A stretch of 64,000 nucleotides of DNA from Pirellulales bacterium (GCA_020849945.1 JADZFK010000045.1:295-64294), one strand, 5' to 3'; shown: positions 9,097 through 18,337, numbered from the stretch's first letter. Notes: generated by a model not told the origin, from the letters alone. Numbers and translations: made by a program.

Positions 9097-10101
9097 ATGC
9101 ACGCGGATTTGTCGACTACGTATCTTGGGTTGAAACTGAAGAACCCGGTCATCGCCTCGGCGGGGCCGCTGACGGGCGACTTCGACTCGCTTCGCCGCTT
9201 AGAGGATCATGGCGTGGCCGCCGCCGTGTTGCCCTCGTTGTTCGAGGAGCAAATTGCGCTGGACGAACAACGGATCAATGCCTTCGAGGAATATCAAACT
9301 TTTTCTTCCGCCGAATCGCTCACCTTCTTTCCCCAGGTGAAGGAGTTTAGCGTTGGCCCGCAAGAGTATCTTGGCCTCATCGCACGGGCGGCCGAGGAAC
9401 TTTCGATCCCCATCATCGGTAGCCTCAACGGTTCCTCGCCGGGCGGATGGGTACGCTACGCCAAGCTCATCGAAGAGGCCGGGGCCCATGCGCTCGAACT
9501 TAACATCTACTTCGTACCGACCGATCCCAACCAATCGGCTGCCGACGTCGAGCAACGCTATCTCGATTTCGTGGCTCGTGTTCGCAATGCGATCCAAATT
9601 CCTATTGCTGTGAAGATCGGGGCGCAGTTCACGAACCTTACCAATTTCGTTCCGAAGCTTGCCAAGGCGGGTGCCGATGGCATCGTGCTTTTCAATCGGT
9701 ACCTGGAACCCGATATCGATCTGGATTCGCTCCAACTGATGCCACAACTGGTGTTGAGTCATCGCCACGAACTGCGCGCGCCGCTCCGTTGGATCGCCAT
9801 CTTGCGCGATCACGTTTCCATGTCGCTCGCCGCCACCAGCGGTATCCACTACGCCGAGGACGCCATCAAGTTGCTCCTCGTCGGCGCCGATGCCTGCCTC
9901 GTTACCTCCACCCTGTTGCGACACGGCATCGAGTATGTTGATGAACTGCGGCGCGGCATCCAACAATGGCTGGATGAGCATCAGTACGAATCCGTGGAAC
10001 AACTCAAAGGCAGCATGAGCCACAGCAACGCGCCCGATGCCAGCAACCTCGAACGCGCGAATTACATGAAAGCCCTTGTTTCGTACTCACCCACCACCTA
10101 G
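9097..10101 (+). CDS. Dihydroorotate dehydrogenase-like flavoprotein (TIM-barrel, PyrD-like, function unknown)
   Basis: MHADLSTTYLGLKLKNPVIASAGPL... resembles the DHOD-like family. ATG 9097 is preferred over 9079 because GGGAG lies ~9 nt upstream. Confidence 0.75.
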   Translation: MHADLSTTYLGLKLKNPVIASAGPLTGDFDSLRRLEDHGVAAAVLPSLFEEQIALDEQRINAFEEYQTFSSAESLTFFPQVKEFSVGPQEYLGLIARAAEELSIPIIGSLNGSSPGGWVRYAKLIEEAGAHALELNIYFVPTDPNQSAADVEQRYLDFVARVRNAIQIPIAVKIGAQFTNLTNFVPKLAKAGADGIVLFNRYLEPDIDLDSLQLMPQLVLSHRHELRAPLRWIAILRDHVSMSLAATSGIHYAEDAIKLLLVGADACLVTSTLLRHGIEYVDELRRGIQQWLDEHQYESVEQLKGSMSHSNAPDASNLERANYMKALVSYSPTT

Positions 10102-10131
10102 CTGGACAGCGCCAGGTTCGATGGATTGATC

Positions 10132-11639
10132 TTAGCATGGCGGCGTTTTCGGCGGTACCGATTTGATTTGTTCGGTATCGATTCTTTGTTCGGTATCGAT
10201 TCTTTGTTCGGTATCGATTCCTAGTTCGGCGAGTTGTTTGTTGCGTGTTTTGCGATGGGAGTTGGAAGCCTGCGCGTTTCGGCGGGCATGGTAGGTCTGG
10301 CGGTCGGCTTCCGCCTGGTAGAGTTGTTCGCGACAGCGAGGCGGTAAACCGATCGATTCCACGAAGACGTTAGCGGCTCGCCGGACTTGTTCCATCGTTA
10401 ACAACTCGCCGCTGAGAACATTCTCGCTGGGCGAGAGTTGCTGCCGAACACGGGCACAGAACAATTGGCTCAGAATCGTCACGTAGAGATGCCGATGGAT
10501 GCATCGCCAACCGCGACATTCGAAGTGATCCAGGCCCAGTTCCTCCTTGGCTTCGCGAAAGCAATCTTCGATGGGCCAACGTCCAAAGGCGACCCGCAGG
10601 AGCTTTCGCAGCGGCCAACCTTCGCGACCAGGCACGCGGTTGGACAAGAAGTACTTGGTTTCCCCTGCCAGCACGTTGCGAGCGACGAGGAGAGTGCCTT
10701 GGTTGCTGACCAGCGTATTGGTATGGGTCTTTCGCCAACAAGTGTGCCAACGGATTTCCCAGACCTCGCTGCCACGATGAGTCTGCTTGATGCGATAGGG
10801 CTGCGGTGTCTGCTCGCGAAATGCCGGGGAGTGTTTCGCCAGGTTTTGAACTTCGCTCGGATTCCTTTCACGCTGTCGTAACCGAGGGTATTTCTTGGGG
10901 CGACCGCCGCTGTGGAGGGGCGGCGTTTTCAGTACTTTCGGCTTTGTAAGCCAAACATGGGCGTTCGGCGGAATCTCCACGACGAAGGCCTCCGAACGCT
11001 CGTCCAGGCCATCCAGAAACGCACCGTCGCGACCGTACAGTTCGTCCGCCGTCCAGGCCAGCACCTGGATGCCGTTGTCTCTGGCCCGGTCGATCAGATC
11101 CAACGCGATTTGGGGCTTCGTTTTGAAGGTGACGTCGTCGGGGATGTAGTTTTTTTTCGGCGCTCCGGATCGGAGGCCCATTCTTGGGGAAGGTACAACT
11201 GGGCGTCCAGTAAACAATCGAATCCAGGCACGGAATAGGCCAAGGTCACGCTGTTGACGCAATTCTCGATCTTTCCCCGATTGCCGTTGTACTGTCGTTG
11301 GACTCCGGCCGTTTGCCGACCACTTTTGGCCGTTCCGGTCTCGTCGATGCAACCAATCGCTTCCGGACGGGCGTGTTCGGTGGCGACAAGCTGCTGGCAA
11401 CGGTGTCGTAACTTGTGTTCGTCCCAAACGATGGATTCGAGAAATCGCTGCAAGGTTCGGGGGGCGACATTCTGATCCAGCGCGATCGCCTCGGCGTTCT
11501 TGCGCTGCACGCCCGAGAGCAGACCCCGAACATAAACAGCCAAGAGTGTTCGCCCGCCAGGCCGAGCGAAACAGCAAGCAAAATTTGCCAAAAACTGGGC
11601 GAGCATTTTGCCCAGCTTTGCGATATCCTGAACCGACAT
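10132..11639 (-). CDS. IS701-family DDE transposase, in two frames joined by a -1 shift at an A8 run (T8 on + strand, 11150-11157)
   Basis: The N-terminal frame (11639 down to ~11150) carries CIDETGTAKSG..QRQYNGNRGKIENC. The C-terminal frame carries NYIPDDVTFKTKP..AWTADELYGRD..FREAKEELGLDHFECRGW. The first ~176 codons of the 515 aa ORF are out-of-frame read-through. Confidence 0.85.
10167..10220. repeat. 18 bp x3 perfect tandem repeat (TTTGTTCGGTATCGATTC) in the 3' end of the transposase gene
   Basis: Read directly from the sequence. It encodes the GIDTEQRIDTEQRIDTEQ tail. Confidence 0.9.
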
Positions 11640-11788
11640 GGAACGACCCTCCGTGGTTTCCGCGTGAAGCTTTCAACACGCGGAGGGTCGTTTCTTTTTG
11701 GTCAGTACGTCAAGTCCATAAAACTCGACATCGTACCGAGTTAAGAACGCTAGGTGCCATAAACCTGGGGCTGTCCAGCTAGGACCAA

Positions 11789-13174
11789 TTAGGGATCGGC
11801 GATGCAAAACAAGTGTTCGTCGCCGCGCAGTAGCAGCTTGCCGCGAATTGGCACGGGGATCGCAATGATGCGTTCGCCCATGTCATTCGCGGCTAGTTCC
11901 TTGTAACCGGAGTCGCTTACCTGACCGACGAAGACCATTCCATCTTCACGCGCGCAATACAGTTGGTTCTCTGCCAGCGAGGGAGATGAGTAGTACTTGT
12001 TGCGGTTGCGGGGCAAGTTGGCCGACCACAGTTCGTTGCCCGATTGCAGATCCAAGCAATGAATTTTGCCCGTGTCTTCGAGCAGATACACTTTGCCGCC
12101 GTGAATGATTGCGGTGGGGACATCGGTGCCAAATTCCTTCTCCCACGATACCGCGTTCTTGGTAATGTCTCCGGCGCCGCCGATCTTGATACCCGCACAA
12201 AACTTACCTCGACCATAGGGCACAACGGCGATGCCATCGGCCACGGTTGCCGAAGCGATCGTTCGCCAGTTGCGATCGTTTCGCGGGTTGAAGCCGCCGC
12301 ATTCCCACAGCGGTTTTCCGGTGTCGAGATCGTGGCCGGTAAGATGATCGGCGCCCCAGGTGACGATCACGTCCTTTCCGCCTGAGCGGACGACTTGCGG
12401 AGTGGAGTAACTTTGATCGGTTTCCTCGGTGCAAGTGTATTCGCGGAGCTGTCTCCAGCGGAGCTTGCCGGTATCGAGGTCGAAGGCGACGAGGTAGGAA
12501 GAGCTGCCTGTGGTTTCGTTGCCATTGGCGGCGGCTTGGTCGACGTGCTCGCCTTGGCCGTAGGGGCTTTGCTGCACAGCCACGATCGCACAACCGCCCG
12601 CAATGAGGGGCGAGGTGCCGAGGTCCCACCAGAGCGTATCCTTGCCGAAGCGTTTGGGGAGGTTAGTTTTCCACAATTCCTTACCGTGGAAATCGAAGCA
12701 GGCCAGCGTGCCCGATTTGTAATAGACGACGACGTGTTTGCCGTCGGTGGCCGGCGAAGGATTGCAACCGCTCCCGTTGCGGTGCTTGCCGCCGCGTTCG
12801 GGACCGAGTTCTCGTCGCCACAATTCGTTCCCCTGCAGGTCGTAGCAAAGTAATCCATCTTGTGCGGTGGAAACATTGTTCGGCTTCGGGGGGCCGAAGT
12901 CTTGCGGCTCGGGAGAATCGCCGATCGCGCAAGTGACGAAGATGAGTTCGCCCCACACGGCCGGCGTCGAGGAGCCTTTGCCGGGCAACGCCACGCGCCA
13001 GGCGACCCCTTCGGTTTTAGAAAACTCGACCGGGTACTGGCCCGCGGCCCCCACGCCCGTACCCAGCGGGCCGCGCCACTGTGGCCAGTTCTCGCCGGCA
13101 GGGGAAGTGCATGGAACGCATGCGACGGAAATGGCGAGAACGGATAACGCGATCTGACGATTAAGGAGAGCCAT
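11789..13174 (-). CDS. Secreted PQQ-like (BamB-like) beta-propeller repeat protein
   Basis: Signal peptide MALLNRQIALSVLAISVA, the ENWPQWRGP motif and repeated propeller-type segments. Confidence 0.75.
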   Translation of the reverse strand: MALLNRQIALSVLAISVACVPCTSPAGENWPQWRGPLGTGVGAAGQYPVEFSKTEGVAWRVALPGKGSSTPAVWGELIFVTCAIGDSPEPQDFGPPKPNNVSTAQDGLLCYDLQGNELWRRELGPERGGKHRNGSGCNPSPATDGKHVVVYYKSGTLACFDFHGKELWKTNLPKRFGKDTLWWDLGTSPLIAGGCAIVAVQQSPYGQGEHVDQAAANGNETTGSSSYLVAFDLDTGKLRWRQLREYTCTEETDQSYSTPQVVRSGGKDVIVTWGADHLTGHDLDTGKPLWECGGFNPRNDRNWRTIASATVADGIAVVPYGRGKFCAGIKIGGAGDITKNAVSWEKEFGTDVPTAIIHGGKVYLLEDTGKIHCLDLQSGNELWSANLPRNRNKYYSSPSLAENQLYCAREDGMVFVGQVSDSGYKELAANDMGERIIAIPVPIRGKLLLRGDEHLFCIADP

Positions 13175-13425
13175 TCGAATCCCCGTCTCGTGGAAAATGG
13201 ACTTACGCACACAGTTTCCGACTCCGTCCTAGTATCTCACTTGAGCAGGAAAAATGCCAGTTTCATTGACAAACTTTGGTTCGCTCTGCAGGCATCGCCC
13301 CCCCTGCACAACGTGGCTGAGTTTCACTAGAATGCACATACCCTTTGACAACTTACCCATGCCGTGCCCCCATGCAGCCGCCTCGCGGCCACGGCTTCAC
13401 GCCTGCCGACGTCGAGCGACCGCCG

Positions 13426-14547
13426 ATGACGACCGAATTACTTTGCACCCCGCTCCACGCTTGGCATGCCGCACACGGTGGCCGCATGGTCGATTTTGCC
13501 GGCTGGAGCATGCCGGTTCAGTATTCGTCGATTGCCGACGAACACAACGCCACGCGCAATGCGGTGGGCGTGTTCGATATCAGCCACATGGGTCGGCTGC
13601 AATTCTTCGGCCCCAACACGGCGAAGTTTCTGGATTCACTCGTCACTCGCCGGGTGGCCGATCTCAAACCGAACCAGGTTCGGTACGCCTTGGCCTGCAA
13701 CGAAGCGGGCGGGATTCTCGACGATGTGCTCGTCTACGGCCCCTCGGCAGATGGCTCGCGGCCGTACTCGATGGTCGTCAACGCCGGTAACCGCGAGAAG
13801 ATCGTGGCTTGGCTTACCAAATTGGCACCGGCTGCTGAAGTGACTTTTCGGGATGATACGCGATCGACGGCGATGATCGCCGTGCAAGGGCCTAAGGCGA
13901 TCGAGGTGGTGCAACCGTTTATCACCGCCGAGAAACCGCTGCTCGAGATGCGGTACTACACCTGCTCGAATGGCACGGTCGCGGGGACGGCGGCACTGGT
14001 GAGCCGCACCGGCTACACGGGCGAGGATGGCATCGAAATCATTTGTCCGGCGGCGCAAGCCACCATGATTTGGGAAAAGTGCCTCGCGGCGGCCATGCCG
14101 GTCGGCGGCATGGCGGTCGGCCTCGGCGCGCGCGACACATTGCGGCTCGAAGCGGCCATGCCGCTCTACGGTCACGAGTTGTTAGAAACGATCAACCCGC
14201 TTGCGGCGGGCCTCAACTTTGCCGTGAACCTGGGCGGCCGCGAGTTCCTCGGCAGCAAGGCACTGGAGAAGGTTGTCGACGACAAGGCGCAGCCGGTCCG
14301 CATCGGCCTGATGCTTGAAACGAAACGGGTGCCGCGCGAACACAGTGCCGTGTTTGCCGCCGGCAACCAGGTGGGCGAAGTCACCAGCGGCACGTTTTCG
14401 CCCACGTTGCAACAACCAATCGCGATGGCCTACATCCAACCCCAACAAGCGGTGGAAGGTTCGACCGTGGAAGTCGATATCCGCGGAACAATGTACCCAG
14501 CCACGATCGTGCCCTTGCCGTTTTATCAACGAACCAAGAAGAATTAA
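13426..14547 (+). CDS. gcvT: Glycine cleavage system aminomethyltransferase (T protein)
   Basis: TPLHAWHAAHGGRMVDFAGWSMPVQY, AVGVFDISHMGR, SRTGYTGEDGIEI. Start moved to the ATG giving MTTELL. Confidence 0.93.
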   Translation: MTTELLCTPLHAWHAAHGGRMVDFAGWSMPVQYSSIADEHNATRNAVGVFDISHMGRLQFFGPNTAKFLDSLVTRRVADLKPNQVRYALACNEAGGILDDVLVYGPSADGSRPYSMVVNAGNREKIVAWLTKLAPAAEVTFRDDTRSTAMIAVQGPKAIEVVQPFITAEKPLLEMRYYTCSNGTVAGTAALVSRTGYTGEDGIEIICPAAQATMIWEKCLAAAMPVGGMAVGLGARDTLRLEAAMPLYGHELLETINPLAAGLNFAVNLGGREFLGSKALEKVVDDKAQPVRIGLMLETKRVPREHSAVFAAGNQVGEVTSGTFSPTLQQPIAMAYIQPQQAVEGSTVEVDIRGTMYPATIVPLPFYQRTKKN

Positions 14548-14554
14548 CTATTTG

Positions 14555-14747
14555 TTCTCACCACAGAGAACACAGAGAACATAGAGGAGAATAAGAGATA
14601 AAGAACACTAATCGTCGCTAATTGCCACTAATGAGGAGTGGTTCAAGAATTTGAGTATTTTTTATCAGTGATAATGAGTGTCGATTAGTGTTCCTAGTTC
14701 TCTCCTGCTTCTTTTTCCTCCGTGTTCTCTGTGCTCTCTGTGGTGAA
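14555..14747. repeat. Palindromic tandem-arm element (CACAGAG type) between gcvT and gcvH
   Basis: TTCTCACCACAGAGAACACAGAGAACATAGAGGAG ... CCTCCGTGTTCTCTGTGCTCTCTGTGGTGAA, with an AT-rich ~120 nt core holding a nested inverted repeat (GAACACTAATCG / CGATTAGTGTTC). Confidence 0.9.
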
Positions 14748-14774
14748 TCAATCGAATTCAGCGGAGGAATCACT

Positions 14775-15173
14775 GTGAAGCCTGAGAGTTTATTGTTTGC
14801 CAAGACACACGAATGGGTTGCCGTTGCTGAAGAGGGTGGCCAGAAGATCGCCACGGTCGGCCTGTCGAAATTCGCCGTCGAGGCCCTGACCGACCTCGTG
14901 TTCATCGAGCTACCGAAGGTCGGCCGGCAGGTGGCGGTCGGCGAATCGTTCTGCGAAGTCGAATCGGTGAAGGCGGTGAGTGACGTGTACGCCCCCGTGG
15001 CCGGCGAAGTCATCGCCGCCAACGATAAGCTGGCCGACAAACTGGAATTATTGAGCAACGACCCCTACGGCGAAGGCTGGGTCGCCCGCATCAAAATCAC
15101 CGACGAAACCGGCCTGAAGAGCCTGATGGATCACGCCGCGTATCAGAAGCAGTGCGCGGAAGAATCGCACTAG
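14775..15173 (+). CDS. gcvH: Glycine cleavage system H protein
   Basis: THEWV.., lipoyl-lysine motif VESVKAVSDVYAP. GTG start with GGAGGA 7 nt upstream; the longer ORF-track start lies inside the repeat. Confidence 0.9.
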   Translation: MKPESLLFAKTHEWVAVAEEGGQKIATVGLSKFAVEALTDLVFIELPKVGRQVAVGESFCEVESVKAVSDVYAPVAGEVIAANDKLADKLELLSNDPYGEGWVARIKITDETGLKSLMDHAAYQKQCAEESH

Positions 15174-15176
15174 CGA

Positions 15177-15217
15177 AATGATGAATGACGAATGATGAAT
15201 GACGAATACGGAGAACG
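15177..15217. repeat. 14 nt tandem repeat (AATGATGAATGACG x2 plus a partial unit ending ACGGAGAA), solo-arm-like
   Basis: Read directly, immediately after the gcvH stop. Confidence 0.8.
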
Positions 15218-15343
15218 ATGGCGAAAGTTAGCGTCGGTCGCCAGACCGACATCTCAACCAACCACGCCTCCACTTCAATCCCCACCTCTATCCAACTAAA
15301 TCCGACCTTGCGGTCGGCGCTAAGCACTCCGAATCGCACCACG

Positions 15344-16678
15344 ATGCCGTATCTCTACAACACGCCCGAAGATCAATCCGCGATGCTATCCGCCATCGGC
15401 GCTAAGTCAATCGACGAACTGTTCGCGATGGTTCCTGCCGAATTGCGGTTGGGCCGCGCGCTCAACTTGCCGCCCGCGATGAGCGAGCTTGAGCTTGCGC
15501 AGCACATGGATGGCTTGGCCATCCGGAACGAGCACGCGGGCTCGAAGATCTGCTTCCTTGGCGGCGGCAGCTATGACCACTTCGTGCCGTCGGCGGTAGA
15601 TGAACTCGCCGGCCGCGGTGAATTCTATACCTCGTACACGCCCTACCAGGCCGAGGTGAGCCAGGGCAATTTGCAGGTTGTGTTCGAGTACCAATCGCTC
15701 ATCGCACGCCTAACGGGCATGGATGTTTCCAACGCCAGCCTGTACGACGGCGGCAGCGCCACGGCCGAGGCCGTGCTCATGGCCGTCAGCAGCACGAACC
15801 GGTTAGGCAAGGTAGTGCTGCCGACGAGTTTGCACCCCGAATATCGCCAAACGATTGCCACGTACCTGAAGGATATCGGCGTCGAGGTAGCGACCGTCGG
15901 CACACCCACGGGCGTGGTGAAGCCGCAAGACCTTGCGGCCGTCGTTGACGACAAGACGGCCTGCGTTGTCGTGCAGCAGCCGAACTTTTTTGGCTGCATT
16001 GAAGATGCCGCTTCGCTCGCTTCGATCGCCCATGATGCGGGCGCACTCGTTGTGGCCGCGTTCGATCCGATCAGCCTGGGCCTCTTAAAGCGACCCGGCG
16101 ATTGGGGTGCCGATATCGCGGTGGCCGAAGGCCAGTCGCTTGGCACGCCGATGCAATACGGCGGCCCTTACCTGGGCATCTTGGCCTGCCGCGAGAAGCT
16201 CATTCGCCGTATGCCGGGCCGCATCGCGGGCGAAACGGTCGACCGTCGTGGCAACCGTTGCTTCGCCCTCACGCTGCAAACCCGCGAGCAGCACATCCGC
16301 CGCGAGAAGGCCACGAGCAACGTCTGCACGAACCAAGGCCTGTTCGCCCTGCGAGCCACGATCTACCTCGCCCTGCTCGGCCCGCAAGGCCTGAAAGAAA
16401 CGGCCAATCTGTGCCTGCAAAAGTCACGCTACGCGGCCGAGCAACTTTGCAAAAGCGATCGATTTGAACTGGCATTCACTGGCCCCACGTTCAAAGAGTT
16501 CGTCATCCGCGACAAACAAAACCACGTCGAGGAAGTGATTGAGAAGGCCCTCGAAGCCGGCTTCCTCGCCGGCGTGCCGCTGGGAAAGTGGTACCCGGAA
16601 CTTAAGGATTGCTTCCTGGTGGCAGTGACGGAGAAGCGGACCAAGACAGAAATCGATCGCCTTGCAACTGCGCTCTAA
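15344..16678 (+). CDS. gcvPA: Glycine dehydrogenase (decarboxylating) subunit 1
   Basis: MPYLYNTPEDQSAMLSAIG..., YTPYQAEVSQGNLQ, 444 aa. Confidence 0.93.
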   Translation: MPYLYNTPEDQSAMLSAIGAKSIDELFAMVPAELRLGRALNLPPAMSELELAQHMDGLAIRNEHAGSKICFLGGGSYDHFVPSAVDELAGRGEFYTSYTPYQAEVSQGNLQVVFEYQSLIARLTGMDVSNASLYDGGSATAEAVLMAVSSTNRLGKVVLPTSLHPEYRQTIATYLKDIGVEVATVGTPTGVVKPQDLAAVVDDKTACVVVQQPNFFGCIEDAASLASIAHDAGALVVAAFDPISLGLLKRPGDWGADIAVAEGQSLGTPMQYGGPYLGILACREKLIRRMPGRIAGETVDRRGNRCFALTLQTREQHIRREKATSNVCTNQGLFALRATIYLALLGPQGLKETANLCLQKSRYAAEQLCKSDRFELAFTGPTFKEFVIRDKQNHVEEVIEKALEAGFLAGVPLGKWYPELKDCFLVAVTEKRTKTEIDRLATAL

Positions 16679-16695
16679 AAATAGCTAGCGACTTT

Positions 16696-16762
16696 CTACC
16701 ACAAAGAACACCAAGATCACGAAGATGATTTCGAAGGATCGTCTTTGTGTTCTTTGTGGTTC
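16696..16762. repeat. Short palindromic tandem-arm element (CACAAAG variant) between gcvPA and gcvPB
   Basis: CTACCACAAAGAACACCAAGATCACGAAG ... CGTCTTTGTGTTCTTTGTGGT. Confidence 0.85.
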
Positions 16763-16786
16763 GACTATTAACATCCCAATTACTCC

Positions 16787-18307
16787 ATGCGTAACACCCG
16801 CGATACCAAACTGCTGTTTGAACTTTCCGAAGCCGGTCGCCGCGCGCACCGGCTGCCGGCTTGCGATGTGCCTGAGCGTACGGCCAAGGAATTGTTGCCG
16901 GCCAGCTCGCTGGCCGCCGCTCCGCCAGCGTTGCCCGAATTGAGCGAGCCGCAGGTTGTGCGGCATTTTGCGAATCTTTCGCAGCTCAACATGAGCGTCG
17001 ACACGCACTTCTACCCGCTCGGCTCGTGTACGATGAAGTACAACCCGAAGCGGAACGAGCGCGCGGCCCGGATGCCCGGCATCGCCGACGTACACCCGTA
17101 CCAGCCGGAAAGCACGTTGCAAGGCATGTTGCAACTTCTTTACGAGATGCAGGAGTACCTGCAGGAGATTTCGGGGCTACCGGCCTGCTCACTGCAACCG
17201 GCTGCGGGGGCCCACGGCGAGCTTACGGCCCTGTGGGTCGCGGCGGCCTACTTCCGCGATCGTAGCGAAAAGCGCACCAAGGTGCTTGTTCCCGATAGTG
17301 CCCACGGCACGAACCCGGCCAGCGCTTCGATGGCCGGTTTCCAAACGGTCACGGTGAAGACGCTCGCCTCCGGCGCGGTCGACATGGACGACTTCCGCCG
17401 GTTACTGGACGATGAAATAGCCGTGTTCATGATCACCAACCCAAACACGGTGGGCGTGTTCGAGCCGAACATGAAAGCCATTGCCGACGCCGTTCATGCT
17501 CGCGGCGGGCTGGTGTATTTGGATGGCGCGAACATGAACGCGATTCTTGGCATCGCCCGGCCGGGCGATTTCGGCGCCGATATGCAGCACTACAACCCCC
17601 ACAAGACTTTTAGCGGCCCGCACGGCGGCGGCGGCCCCGGAGCCGGCCCGATTTGTGTGGCGGAGAAGCTCGCGCCGTACTTGCCCACGCCGGTGGTAGT
17701 GAAAGTCAAGAGTCTTGAGCCAAGAGTCAAGAGCCAGAAGGATGGCTCCACCGCCTCTCCGGCTCTTGACTCTCCGCTCTTGACTCTTGACTATGATCGC
17801 CCCAAATCCATCGGCCGTGTCCGCGCGTTCTTCGGCAACGTGGGCGTGCTTGTGCGGGCTTACTGTTACATCCGCACACATGGGCCTGATGGGCTGAAGC
17901 GAGTCAGCGAGAATGCGGTGCTCAACGCCAATTATTTGCTCAGCAAGGTGAAGCACTTTCTGCCCGTGCCGCAAGGCGACCGCTGCATGCACGAGTTCGT
18001 CGCCACGGCGGGCAAACTCAAGAGCGAAAAAGGCGTCTCCGCAATGGACATCGCCAAACGCTTGTTGGACTACGGCTTTCATGCCCCGACAGTGTACTTC
18101 CCGCTCTCGGTGAAGGAATCGATCATGATCGAACCGACGGAAACCGAGAGCAAGGAAATGCTCGATGCATTTGCGGAGACGCTCTTCCGCGTGATCGGCG
18201 AGGATGCCGAATTGCTCCACGAAGCCCCTCACAGCACGGCCATCAGCCGACCGGACGACGTCCGCGCCGCCCGGCAACCGATGCTTACTTACTCGTCGAA
18301 AGAATAA
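16787..18307 (+). CDS. gcvPB: Glycine dehydrogenase (decarboxylating) subunit 2, carrying an in-frame palindromic-element insertion
   Basis: LFELSEAGRRAHRLP, NPHKTFSGPHGGGGPGAGP, YDRPKSIGRVRAFFGN. The loop between LPTP and YDRP is unusually long. Confidence 0.93.
   Translation: MRNTRDTKLLFELSEAGRRAHRLPACDVPERTAKELLPASSLAAAPPALPELSEPQVVRHFANLSQLNMSVDTHFYPLGSCTMKYNPKRNERAARMPGIADVHPYQPESTLQGMLQLLYEMQEYLQEISGLPACSLQPAAGAHGELTALWVAAAYFRDRSEKRTKVLVPDSAHGTNPASASMAGFQTVTVKTLASGAVDMDDFRRLLDDEIAVFMITNPNTVGVFEPNMKAIADAVHARGGLVYLDGANMNAILGIARPGDFGADMQHYNPHKTFSGPHGGGGPGAGPICVAEKLAPYLPTPVVVKVKSLEPRVKSQKDGSTASPALDSPLLTLDYDRPKSIGRVRAFFGNVGVLVRAYCYIRTHGPDGLKRVSENAVLNANYLLSKVKHFLPVPQGDRCMHEFVATAGKLKSEKGVSAMDIAKRLLDYGFHAPTVYFPLSVKESIMIEPTETESKEMLDAFAETLFRVIGEDAELLHEAPHSTAISRPDDVRAARQPMLTYSSKE
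17704..17792. repeat. Palindromic AGTCAAGAG-type element inside the gcvPB reading frame
   Basis: AGTCAAGAGTCTTGAGCCAAGAGTCAAGAGCCAGAA ... CCGGCTCTTGACTCTCCGCTCTTGACTCTTGACT. It uses the same units and the same GAGCCAGA inner boundary as the intergenic element at 51988-52113. Confidence 0.85.
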
Positions 18308-18337
18308 CTGTCATCGTCTCTCCAAAACTCGGATTGA

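Larger units (their letters stand above)
10102..11778 (-). mobile_element. IS701-family insertion sequence (1677 bp) with 19 bp terminal inverted repeats and a CTAG target duplication
   Basis: IRs are CTGGACAGCGCCAGGTT (10102-) and AACCTGGGGCTGTCCAG (-11778), with one mismatch. CTAG flanks both ends (10098-10101 and 11779-11782). The internal transposase is DDE type. Confidence 0.9.

Noticed and set aside
10132-11679. 515 aa ORF taken as an intact transposase
   Set aside because: Its first ~176 codons are an out-of-frame overlap of the real N-terminal domain, which is encoded at 11094-11639 in another frame. The true product needs the -1 shift at the A8 run.
13160-13190. TTCGAATCC T-loop-like string suggesting a tRNA
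   Set aside because: There are no acceptor, D or anticodon arms around it, and it lies within the 5' end of the PQQ-like CDS. No other tRNA-like cloverleaf was noticed in the window.
13211-13425. Looked for a glycine riboswitch upstream of gcvT
   Set aside because: I could not find the conserved GGAGAG...CACCG...GGGGCAA-type cores or tandem aptamer architecture by eye. An Rfam/Infernal scan would be decisive.
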